NCBI GenBank assembly: GCA_038883655.1 | Contig: JAVZLQ010000001.1 | Location: 192,001-256,000, forward strand | Length of the DNA: 64,000 nt | DNA from: Candidatus Bathyarchaeia archaeon | GTDB taxonomy: Archaea; Thermoproteota; Bathyarchaeia; Bathyarchaeales; Bathycorpusculaceae | Reading direction: 5' to 3' | Shown here: in pieces, positions 8,792 through 16,585 of the stretch | Position numbering within the stretch: position 1 is the first letter of the stretch | How the letters are laid out: every line of letters begins with the position of its first letter | Translations under genes and position numbers: made by a program | Notes under the pieces: generated by a model | What the model was told of the DNA's origin: nothing | Database searches by the model: none | The model's input: only the letters and a program-made list of their open reading frames with translations

Positions 8792-11011
8792 ATGGGACGT
8801 TATCGACAGATTGAAGAAATAGTAAAACTGATGAACAACCCAGAAGTGATAAGAAACACGAGCATCATTGCTCACGTTGACCACGGAAAGACAACTCTCT
8901 CAGATAGTCTACTTGCTGCGGCTGGCATCATAAGCGAACAGACCGCTGGTCAAAAACTTTTCCTAGACTCTTGGGAACTAGAGCAGAAGAGGCAGATGAC
9001 TGTTTTTGCTTCAAACATAAGCATGGTCCACAACTACAAGGGAAAAGAATACCTCATCAACCTAATAGACACGCCTGGACACATAGACTTCAGCGGAGCT
9101 GTAACACGTAGCCTACGTGCTGTCGACGGCGCCTTAGTAGTTGTTGACGCTGTTGAGGGACCGATGACGCAGACGGAAACTGTTTTGATGCAAGCGCTCC
9201 GCGAAAGGGTAAAACCAATACTCTTCATAAACAAGGTTGACAGGCTCATTAAGGAGATAAAGCTAACTCCAGAGGAGATACAACGCAAATTCGCAAAAAT
9301 AATCGTCAGAATCAACAGCCTAATAGAAAAGTATGCGCCGCCAGAACACAAGAAGGACTGGCAGGTGAAAGTTGAAGATGGACGTGTGGCCTTCGGCTCA
9401 GCGCTTCACAAATGGGGATTCAATCTTCCCCACATGAAAGCCAAAGGCATAACATTCCAAGAAATAATTAACGCTTATTCTGGCGAACCAGAGGAAATCG
9501 CGAAGAAAGTTGAAGTTTTAAGCAAAAAGGCGCCCCTATACGAGCCAATACTGGACATGTTCTGCGAGCACCTTCCAAACCCGCTGGAAGCCCAACCATA
9601 CAGACAGACGCAGATTTGGCCCGGAGACATTAACAGTCCAGTAGGCAAGGCAATGGCGAAGGTTGACCCTAACGGTCCGCTTCTGATGTGTATAACAACG
9701 ATTGAAGTTGACCCGCATAGTGGTGTTGTCGCCATCGGTAGGGTTTTCAGCGGTACCGTGGAGAAGGGAAAAGTTGTTAGGCTTATAAACAGCCGCCAAA
9801 AGGGAATAATCCAGCAAGTCTACATGAGTATGGCTGCAGACCGTGTAATTGTGGACAAGATTCCAGCGGGAAACATCGCTGCACTTTCTGGTCTACCATC
9901 AATTCACGTTGGCGAAACGGTTGCTGAAGAAGGCGTTGAAACACAACCATTTGAAGGGCTGAAATACGTTTCAGATCCAGTTGTAACTGTTGCTGTTGAG
10001 CCGGCAGACATTAAGGATTTGCCGCTCTTTGACAAGGTTATACACAAACTAACCCTAGAAGACCCAAATCTGCACTTTACCATAAACAAGGAAAGCGGCG
10101 AATACCTTCTTAGCGGAATGGGTGAACTACACTTGGAAGTTACGGCTTACAGAATGCAGGAAGCGGGCTTAAAAGTGAAGATAAGCAAGCCGATAGTCAT
10201 TTACCGCGAAACGATAAGCCGCGACTACAAAGGACCGCCAATAATGGGCAAAAGCCCAAACAAGCACAACAGACTTTGGGTTACAATCGAAAAGCTTTCA
10301 GAAGACGTGATTGAAGCAATAAGGACTGGAAAGATTTCTGAGATGCAAACGCGGGATGAACGCCAAAAGATTTTGACGAAAGAGTTTGGCTGGTCGACGG
10401 ATGACGCACGCAATGTCATAGCCATAGAAGGAACAAACGTGCTCGTGAACAGGATCAAAGGAAGACAATACGTTGAGGAAGTCATAGACCACGTTAAATC
10501 AGGCTTCCGCGAGGCAGTCCACACATGTGTACTAGCCAAGGAACCAGCATACGGCTTAAAAGTAAACTTGGAAGACATAATGATTCACGAAGACCCGGTA
10601 CACAGAGGCCCAGCACAGATACTTCCGATGACTTGGCGTCCAATATGGTGTGCCTTCCTCCTAAGCGACCCTAAACTTCTTGAACCGCTGCTAAACTTTG
10701 AATGCAAGGTTCCAAACGAGTTTGTAAGCTCTGTAATAGCCATAGTGCAGAAGCGTCGCGGAAGAATCGTTGACATGGTGAACGAAGAAGACATGGTTAT
10801 AGTTAAGGCTGAAATGCCAGTTGCAGAATCATTCGGTTTGGCTGACGAACTACGCTCCTCAACTCAGGGCAGAGCCTTCTGGGCAACGCAGTTTAGCCGT
10901 TGGGCACCAGTTCCAGAATCAATGCAGGCGGAAATAATCAGACAAATTCGCGAAAGAAGAGGCTTAAGTCCAACACCACCAAAAGCAGAGGAATTCTACG
11001 AAGAAGCATAA
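8792..11011 (+). CDS. fusA: Translation elongation factor EF-2 (possibly the aEF-2p paralog)
   Basis: AHVDHGKTT, DTPGHIDF, NKVD, GMGELHL; diphthamide loop HEDPVHRGPAQ. Confidence 0.93.
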   Translation: MGRYRQIEEIVKLMNNPEVIRNTSIIAHVDHGKTTLSDSLLAAAGIISEQTAGQKLFLDSWELEQKRQMTVFASNISMVHNYKGKEYLINLIDTPGHIDFSGAVTRSLRAVDGALVVVDAVEGPMTQTETVLMQALRERVKPILFINKVDRLIKEIKLTPEEIQRKFAKIIVRINSLIEKYAPPEHKKDWQVKVEDGRVAFGSALHKWGFNLPHMKAKGITFQEIINAYSGEPEEIAKKVEVLSKKAPLYEPILDMFCEHLPNPLEAQPYRQTQIWPGDINSPVGKAMAKVDPNGPLLMCITTIEVDPHSGVVAIGRVFSGTVEKGKVVRLINSRQKGIIQQVYMSMAADRVIVDKIPAGNIAALSGLPSIHVGETVAEEGVETQPFEGLKYVSDPVVTVAVEPADIKDLPLFDKVIHKLTLEDPNLHFTINKESGEYLLSGMGELHLEVTAYRMQEAGLKVKISKPIVIYRETISRDYKGPPIMGKSPNKHNRLWVTIEKLSEDVIEAIRTGKISEMQTRDERQKILTKEFGWSTDDARNVIAIEGTNVLVNRIKGRQYVEEVIDHVKSGFREAVHTCVLAKEPAYGLKVNLEDIMIHEDPVHRGPAQILPMTWRPIWCAFLLSDPKLLEPLLNFECKVPNEFVSSVIAIVQKRRGRIVDMVNEEDMVIVKAEMPVAESFGLADELRSSTQGRAFWATQFSRWAPVPESMQAEIIRQIRERRGLSPTPPKAEEFYEEA

Positions 11012-11054
11012 ACAATAAACCTTTACATGCTCAATTACATGTTGGTGCACAGAT

Positions 11055-11333
11055 TTGCCGAATCCAGTAGACATTGTTAGGCTTATCATTCCGCTTGTGG
11101 TTGGAATAGTCCTAGGCTATTTTTTACGCAACAAGAAAGCTCTAAACCTAAACAAAGTCGTTTCTGGAACAATCCTTATGCTAATATTCTCGCTAGGCTT
11201 CACCATAGGCTCAAACAACGATTTGTTGGCTATGATGCCAAACGTTGGATTAAGCGCCGCGGTGCTTTTATTCACAACATTATTTTTCAGCATAATTTTC
11301 GCTAAAGCGGCAAGAAAGCTGATGAAAATATGA
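11055..11333 (+). CDS. LysO-family transporter, small subunit
   Basis: Three hydrophobic segments, LIFSLGFTIGSN; overlaps the next gene (ATGA). Confidence 0.7.
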   Translation: MPNPVDIVRLIIPLVVGIVLGYFLRNKKALNLNKVVSGTILMLIFSLGFTIGSNNDLLAMMPNVGLSAAVLLFTTLFFSIIFAKAARKLMKI

Positions 11334-11941
11334 TAAAATACATTTTATTTGCTTTAGCTCTCGGCATAGCCACCGGCTACATAAGCAACAACCTTGAAAT
11401 GACGATAATCACCGTCATGTTCTCTGAACACCTATTCAACCTATCCCTAATCGCGTTGCTTTTCTTTATGGGTTTGCTCTTTGGCGCAGACAAAGAAGCG
11501 GTGGCTAACTTAAAGAAGACGGGAACAAAAGTCCTTGTATTCCCATTTGCAATAGCCCTAGGAAGCATACTGGGCGGGCTCCTAGGCGGACTAATCCTAA
11601 AACTGGACTTAGTAGCTTCTATGGGTGTTTGTGCTGGCTACGGTTGGTACACTTTGGCGGGACCGCTTGCCGGACAGCTTTTCGGCGTTGAATGGGCTGC
11701 CCTAGGCTTCACGGTGAACTTCTTAAGGGAAATAGCCACAATAACAACGATTTCGCTTACGAGTAAAATTGACAAGTACGCACCAGTAGCCATGGGTGGC
11801 GCAACAGCAATGGACACAACTCTCCCAGTAATAGTACGCTACTGCGGACAAGACACGCTGATAACCGCATTTTCAAGCGGTTTCATCCTAACACTAATAG
11901 CGCCATTCACGATAACAGTAATAGCAACACTAGCACATTAA
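11330..11941 (+). CDS. Lysine exporter LysO family (DUF340) membrane protein
   Basis: AGYGWYTLAG, NFLRE, GGATAMDTTLP motifs. Confidence 0.85.
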   Translation: MIKYILFALALGIATGYISNNLEMTIITVMFSEHLFNLSLIALLFFMGLLFGADKEAVANLKKTGTKVLVFPFAIALGSILGGLLGGLILKLDLVASMGVCAGYGWYTLAGPLAGQLFGVEWAALGFTVNFLREIATITTISLTSKIDKYAPVAMGGATAMDTTLPVIVRYCGQDTLITAFSSGFILTLIAPFTITVIATLAH

Positions 11942-12359
11942 ACCCGCCATATGATGGTTAGGTTATACCTTGTAGTAAAATCTGCGACGTGTACCGTCAG
12001 GTAATTCACCAAGGGAGCAGTTGAAGCAAGACCATTAAGTGCAGAACTAGCCGCTAAAAGGCTACATATAACTTTTAAAGATTATTGCTTATGTTTGTAA
12101 TTTTGTGCTGAAAATTCTTATTTTTCTCTACTTTTTTCGTTAACTTCAGGTGAGAGAACACCATGACTCAAAGTCATAGCAAGTCACTTCATAAGGACCA
12201 GCAGAAATGTCAAAAGCAAGATTTTCCAATAAAAAGGTTATCAATTGCTCATGCATCATCATCTAAACAACCATTCATAAGACAATACCCTTATTTTTAA
12301 AAGTTAACATGATTTGAGCTTTTCTCCATTTGACAGTTTAATCCTTATGTGAGATTTAG

Positions 12360-12444
12360 TGCGGGGGGTGGGATTTGAACCCACGAACCCCTACGGGACA
12401 AGGTCCTAAGCCTTGCGCCTTTGACCAGGCTTGGCGACCCCCGC
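12360..12444 (-). tRNA. tRNA-Leu(TAG), intronless
   Basis: Reverse complement GCGGGGGTCGCCAAGCCTGGTCAAAGGCGCAAGG CT TAG GA CCTTG..., long variable arm, GGTTCAAATCC. Confidence 0.95.
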
Positions 12445-12550
12445 CCTTTTCAAGTGCTATCTTTTGCATATTAAGAATAATAAAATTATTTGTTTTCGTC
12501 TTTGTGTGTCGCGAAATCTTTTAAAAAATATGATGTGTATACTTGTTTGG

Positions 12551-12646
12551 GCCTCGGTAGCTCAGCCTGGTGGAGCATCGCCTTGGTAAGGCGGTGGTCG
12601 CGGGTTCAAATCCCGCCCGAGAACCGCCGTGTGCGGTCGGGAAGCT
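12551..12646 (+). tRNA. tRNA-Thr(GGT) with 22-nt BHB intron in the acceptor stem (12622-12643, position 70/71)
   Basis: 5' strand GCCTCGG pairs with CCGAG|GC only after removing AACCGCCGTGTGCGGTCGGGAA; motif CCCG-AGA-ACCGC..GCGGT-CGGG-AAG; anticodon loop TT GGT AA. Confidence 0.88.
12578..12627 (+). repeat. attL (3' half of tRNA-Thr plus start of intron)
   Basis: tcgccttggtaaggcggtggtcgcgggttcaaatcccgcccgagaaccgc, identical to 17420-17469. Confidence 0.93.
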
Positions 12647-12826
12647 TTGGTTTGAACCCGCCTTGCCGCCGTTAGTGTTGTTTAGGGCGTTTTGGATGTT
12701 TAGGTTTGAGAGGTGGGCGATTGCTTGTTTTAGGGCGTTTTCTGTGAATTGTGAGATGTTTATGCCTAATTCTTTAGCTTTTTTGACTGTTTCGGCGTCT
12801 ATTGAAAGGGTTAGTTTTGTTTTCAC
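12578..12826 (-). CDS. Integrase N-terminal fragment int(N) with CcdA-like RHH domain (reads on to stop at 12521 when integrated)
   Basis: GTG start after AGGTGA; KTKLTLSIDAETVKKAKELGINISQFTENALKQAI, then att-encoded GSRAGFEPATTALPRR. Confidence 0.82.
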
Positions 12827-12870
12827 GTTCTCACCTACACGTATATTCACGTATGACAAATATTTACCAT

Positions 12871-13017
12871 TCACTCTTTTTTTTCTGTTTCGATGAGTTT
12901 GGCGATGGCGTATTCTATGGCGTGACTTCTATTAGCAAAGCGTAGTTTCTGCACTTGGTCATCTATCCATTTAACGAAGTCTTCTCTTATGGTTACGTAA
13001 ACTCTTATTTTTGGCAT
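12871..13017 (-). CDS. CopG/ribbon-helix-helix protein, 48 aa (not in ORF track)
   Basis: Manual translation MPKIRVYVTIREDFVKWIDDQVQKLRFANRSHAIEYAIAKLIETEKKE. Confidence 0.8.
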   Translation of the reverse strand: MPKIRVYVTIREDFVKWIDDQVQKLRFANRSHAIEYAIAKLIETEKKE

Positions 13018-13139
13018 TTCAACCATTCTTTTTTACCTTCCCATATGAGTAGTTTATCCACAACTATACTCAAATATACACAAATCTTATAGATTTTCCG
13101 TTCAAAAATAGGATTTGCCTTTAAGGTGAGTGTGAGAAA

Positions 13140-13358
13140 ATGGAAAAGACGGAAATCAGCTTCTTTGGAAAGAGAAAGTGGCATATTCCCAGAAAATATA
13201 TTGTGGTTTCAAAGCGTCTTTGCAGCAGAGAGTTTAAGAAGTTGAGGCAATGGTTAGACGATAAAGACAGAATAGAGATAGGCACGGATTCAGAAGGGCG
13301 AATTTGGATTTTAAACGAAACCAAAGTTGGAGAGCATTTAAAAAGACAAAATAATTAA
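13140..13358 (+). CDS. Small hypothetical protein (possibly AbrB-like)
   Basis: 72-aa ORF preceded by AGGTGA; DRIEIGTDSEGRIWI resembles the end of a swapped hairpin. Confidence 0.5.
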   Translation: MEKTEISFFGKRKWHIPRKYIVVSKRLCSREFKKLRQWLDDKDRIEIGTDSEGRIWILNETKVGEHLKRQNN

Positions 13359-13368
13359 GCGCTATTGC

Positions 13369-13749
13369 CTATTTGCCTTCCAGCTTCCCCTTTTTCTTGT
13401 CAAGAGAACTCTTATTAATTGGAATTTCCGAAGGACTGAAATTTAACAGTCTTGATAATGGCAGGTCTGCAATATCAAATTCTTGAACAAAAGTTTTAAG
13501 ATGTCGTGCAAGTTGCAGAACATCTGCTTCTGGACTGTAATAATAGGGTTGAAATTTATGTCTCAAAATTAATCCTTTATTGATGAGTTTGTTTATACTT
13601 CTGGTTAAAAGTCTGTTGAAGGTATCCTCAGAATAAAACTCTTTAAATTTCGGATAAACAGCATTAAAGATTTCTTTTCGAGATTGCCATTCAGAGCATT
13701 TTTTCAAATATTCTCGTATTGCGTTTTCTATGTTGTCCATTATGGACAT
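13369..13749 (-). CDS. Winged-helix-like protein
   Basis: SRKEIFNAV...LTRSINKLINKGLILR wHTH pattern. Confidence 0.6.
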   Translation of the reverse strand: MSIMDNIENAIREYLKKCSEWQSRKEIFNAVYPKFKEFYSEDTFNRLLTRSINKLINKGLILRHKFQPYYYSPEADVLQLARHLKTFVQEFDIADLPLSRLLNFSPSEIPINKSSLDKKKGKLEGK

Positions 13750-13796
13750 ATCTGACTGAATGACAATTTAAGACTTACTGACAAAGGTGTGTAAAC

Positions 13797-13949
13797 ATGG
13801 AAAAAGTTAGAATAAGCGTAAGAATTGATGGAGAAGACTTCAAAAGAATCCAGGAAACCATAAAGAAGGCGTATCCGACTTTACGGTCTATTTCAGACGT
13901 GGTTCGCCAAGCTCTGAAAGAGTTTTTAATAAAATATGAAAGTGTGTGA
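13797..13949 (+). CDS. CopG/ribbon-helix-helix protein, 50 aa (not in ORF track)
   Basis: Manual translation MEKVRISVRIDGEDFKRIQETIKKAYPTLRSISDVVRQALKEFLIKYESV; AGGTG upstream. Confidence 0.8.
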   Translation: MEKVRISVRIDGEDFKRIQETIKKAYPTLRSISDVVRQALKEFLIKYESV

Positions 13950-14135
13950 GTGTATGTGTGTGTATTATAGAATGTCTGTCTTGTCTTTCTTCTTTTCTTC
14001 TTTCTTCTTTACCCCTAATATACATATACATACACACATACACACTAAACACACACCTTCACTAAGAAAGCAAGTTAAGCGGCGGCGAAGCTCTGCTTCT
14101 TTTCCCATAATACACACACTCACACATACACACAC
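13942..14135. repeat. (GT)n/(AC)n inverted-repeat tract with internal pyrimidine run
   Basis: GTGTGTGTATTAT (13956-13968) is the exact reverse complement of ATAATACACACAC (14107-14119); further AC-rich block at ~14018-14057. Confidence 0.75.
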
Positions 14136-14152
14136 CCTTAAAGGTGATGTTC

Positions 14153-14398
14153 ATGGTTAGACGAGACGGAGCAGAAATAAGAAAAGAAAGAATTCAAGAA
14201 GTAATTAGACGAGTTGTCGCCCTTCTCTACAACCATGATGAAGTTGAACTAGAATCCACAGTCGCCATGCTTCAATACGAAACAGGATTAAGACCAGACA
14301 AAATAATGGAATACCTATCAATTGGAGACCAGCTTAAACGGTTCGAGCTTGACATAGACAAAAATAAAATTAGAAAAATAAAAGCTGATGAAACATGA
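14153..14398 (+). CDS. Small helical, probably wHTH DNA-binding protein
   Basis: AGGTGA RBS; VAMLQYETGLRPDKIMEYL pattern. Confidence 0.6.
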   Translation: MVRRDGAEIRKERIQEVIRRVVALLYNHDEVELESTVAMLQYETGLRPDKIMEYLSIGDQLKRFELDIDKNKIRKIKADET

Positions 14399-14520
14399 GT
14401 CTTTATGAGTTTGGTGTTTTGGTTCTTGTTCTCGTCGTGTTTTTCTAGTTGTTTTGGCATATCTGGTTAATGCCTTCTGGAGCTGGAAACTATGAGAACT
14501 AAAATTTTAATTCGCTATAA

Positions 14521-14748
14521 GTGGTGCAAAACCGCCATACTCTTTTACCCCTAATACTGTTTGTCATTGCAATATTAACAAGCATAGAACCGCACTTCTA
14601 TCCACTGTTCATATTCTTCTCAGTGGATTTTCTATTGATAGTTAGCGCCGCCTTCTACCTAATCGTTGAACATGGAATTAAAATCTTCAATAAATATGAA
14701 GATAAAGAGTTATATGGTTTATTGCAAAAAGCTGATAAATGGATTTAA
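14521..14748 (+). CDS. Small membrane protein
   Basis: Two hydrophobic segments. Confidence 0.5.
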   Translation: MVQNRHTLLPLILFVIAILTSIEPHFYPLFIFFSVDFLLIVSAAFYLIVEHGIKIFNKYEDKELYGLLQKADKWI

Positions 14749-14763
14749 CCTTATATTAGAAGG

Positions 14764-15072
14764 ATGACAATGAACATAAATAAGAGGGTTATAATTTTTA
14801 GCATATTGCTAATTTACTTTTTGCCTACATTGATTGAGTGGATTCAAATTTTTAATGAAACTTCCAAGTATGGTTATCCCCAAAGCAATAGATATTTTGA
14901 AATATTCTTAATATTCTTCCTATCATCTTTCATTTGGATGCCAATTGCAATATTTTTTTATTTCCCTACGCCATTAATATGGAAAATCAGTTTAGCTTCG
15001 TATTATATTATCGCCTACGGAATTTTGGCATGCATAATCCTTTACAAATATAGAAAAATTAGAAAAAATTAG
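14764..15072 (+). CDS. Small membrane protein
   Basis: Three hydrophobic segments, basic C-terminus; AT-rich. Confidence 0.55.
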   Translation: MTMNINKRVIIFSILLIYFLPTLIEWIQIFNETSKYGYPQSNRYFEIFLIFFLSSFIWMPIAIFFYFPTPLIWKISLASYYIIAYGILACIILYKYRKIRKN

Positions 15073-15075
15073 TTT

Positions 15076-16119
15076 TTAAATTCTATCAAAAAACCATTTC
15101 CCTAAAATTATGCCAAATAAAATCGTTCCAATAACAATCGCATAATTTTTGGGGTCTTCATACCATTTTTCTATTGAAGGGATGCTTTCCCCTTTAATTT
15201 GTGCAATATATTGTTTAGTTAAATTGTAAAGATAGTATGGGTCATTATTCCATGCATCACGGTCATAATGCGGTTCAATTGCTGTGCGCTCTGGGAATTC
15301 ATTCCAAGTAGCAATTGTTACAATATCAATTTTATTTGCCTTTGCATATTTGATAGCATCTTTCCATTCATTTTCATAAATTGGCAATGATAAATCTTTA
15401 TTTATTGTGTAATTAGGATAGCGCACATAAAAATCATCATATCGCGGACATAAAGGATACATTCGACAATAAGGTATATCGTAAAACTTGTTATTTTTCC
15501 ATGACTGATATGGTTCATATCCTTCAAAATGCGAATAAACAAAATTACAGAATGAAAAATGTCCAGAAAATTTTACGGTAAAACGGTCATCATATTGAAA
15601 TTTTGAAAAATCTGTTAAATTTGGAGCATTCCAAAAGAGAATTAATGGTTTGTTATCCATTATGAAACATAGGGAATAGTAAGGCAAAATATAATTTTCG
15701 TAAACGTAATCATAGATAGATTTATAATCGTAAATTCCAGATTGGTTAAAATCTTCAACCATCAAACAAAATTTAATGTTTGAAACTTGATTTTTTGCGC
15801 ATTCATAAACCAATTTAGCATTATTATCTATGTGATTGCCTATTCCCCACCATGAAATTATGACAAAATCTATTTTAAGGTCATTCCACCATTCTAAATG
15901 CTGATTAATAACCGTTATATTTCCGCTATTGTAATAACCTAAAATTGGTTTATCTTGATGCGTTGGGTATGACCAATTATAATAGGCATCTGGAGAATCG
16001 GGGTCATACCAAACATAATAGTATATGCCTACTTTGATTTTAGGCGTTTCTGAATAGGCGCATGGAATGCAAAGTAGCAAAAAACATAAAAAAAGGGGAG
16101 TTGAAGGGGGGACATTCAT
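15076..16119 (-). CDS. GH99/GH71-like glycoside hydrolase, secreted and membrane-anchored
   Basis: YYVWY, PILGYYNS, IISWWG, IATWNEFPERTAIEP (cf. GH99 NEWHEGTQIEP); signal peptide and C-terminal TM helix. Confidence 0.75.
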   Translation of the reverse strand: MNVPPSTPLFLCFLLLCIPCAYSETPKIKVGIYYYVWYDPDSPDAYYNWSYPTHQDKPILGYYNSGNITVINQHLEWWNDLKIDFVIISWWGIGNHIDNNAKLVYECAKNQVSNIKFCLMVEDFNQSGIYDYKSIYDYVYENYILPYYSLCFIMDNKPLILFWNAPNLTDFSKFQYDDRFTVKFSGHFSFCNFVYSHFEGYEPYQSWKNNKFYDIPYCRMYPLCPRYDDFYVRYPNYTINKDLSLPIYENEWKDAIKYAKANKIDIVTIATWNEFPERTAIEPHYDRDAWNNDPYYLYNLTKQYIAQIKGESIPSIEKWYEDPKNYAIVIGTILFGIILGKWFFDRI

Positions 16120-16585
16120 GTTTTTATACCGCCCTACGTAGTATTCCAATAGCTATGCCTAATAGCGCAATGCTGAATATTACATATATCCATTGCGATA
16201 TCATTACAGATGCAGATGAAGTCATACGTTTTAGGAATATTCCAAGAACAACCGTGCAGTTTGACCCTTACCGCATTGCCGTCTGGAAGTTGGAAAGTGA
16301 CAAAAAAACCATAGATATTATAGATAGAGACATAAAAATCGCATTAGATTATGTTAAGTTGGATTCGCATGAAGTCATGCAAAAATACGCTTTAAAAATA
16401 CCGTAGCGACTTAACATGGGCAGTCAAGCGCGGAATATCTAAACTCTATGATGTGGTAGTGCGTGTTGAGAGGAAACAAGCATTAGATAATTCTACAAAC
16501 ATGCTTTAAACATTGAAATTTTATGGAAAAGTTATCGCCTTTTCGAGGCGATTGAAGTTTGTGGAAATATAAAAAAGTAGGAAGT

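Noticed and set aside
12551-12623. tRNA-Thr as a pseudogene damaged by integration
   Set aside because: BHB splicing restores a perfect acceptor stem, and the motif is kept in both copies
12578-12826. CcdA-like antitoxin as part of a toxin-antitoxin pair
   Set aside because: No toxin is adjacent, and the ORF joins the integrase in frame across att
12490-12896. Plus-strand ORFs over tRNA-Thr, and similar ORFs over the other tRNAs (2116-2331, 36975-37412, 45854-46036)
   Set aside because: Shadow ORFs of tRNA genes or of opposite-strand genes
13936-14160. 74-aa His/Thr-rich ORF
   Set aside because: It is just the translation of the GT/AC low-complexity tract and overlaps better-supported genes
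16062-16406. 114-aa ORF between the GH99-like gene and the integrase
   Set aside because: Overlaps the GH start, has no motif or clear RBS, and coding strand could not be determined
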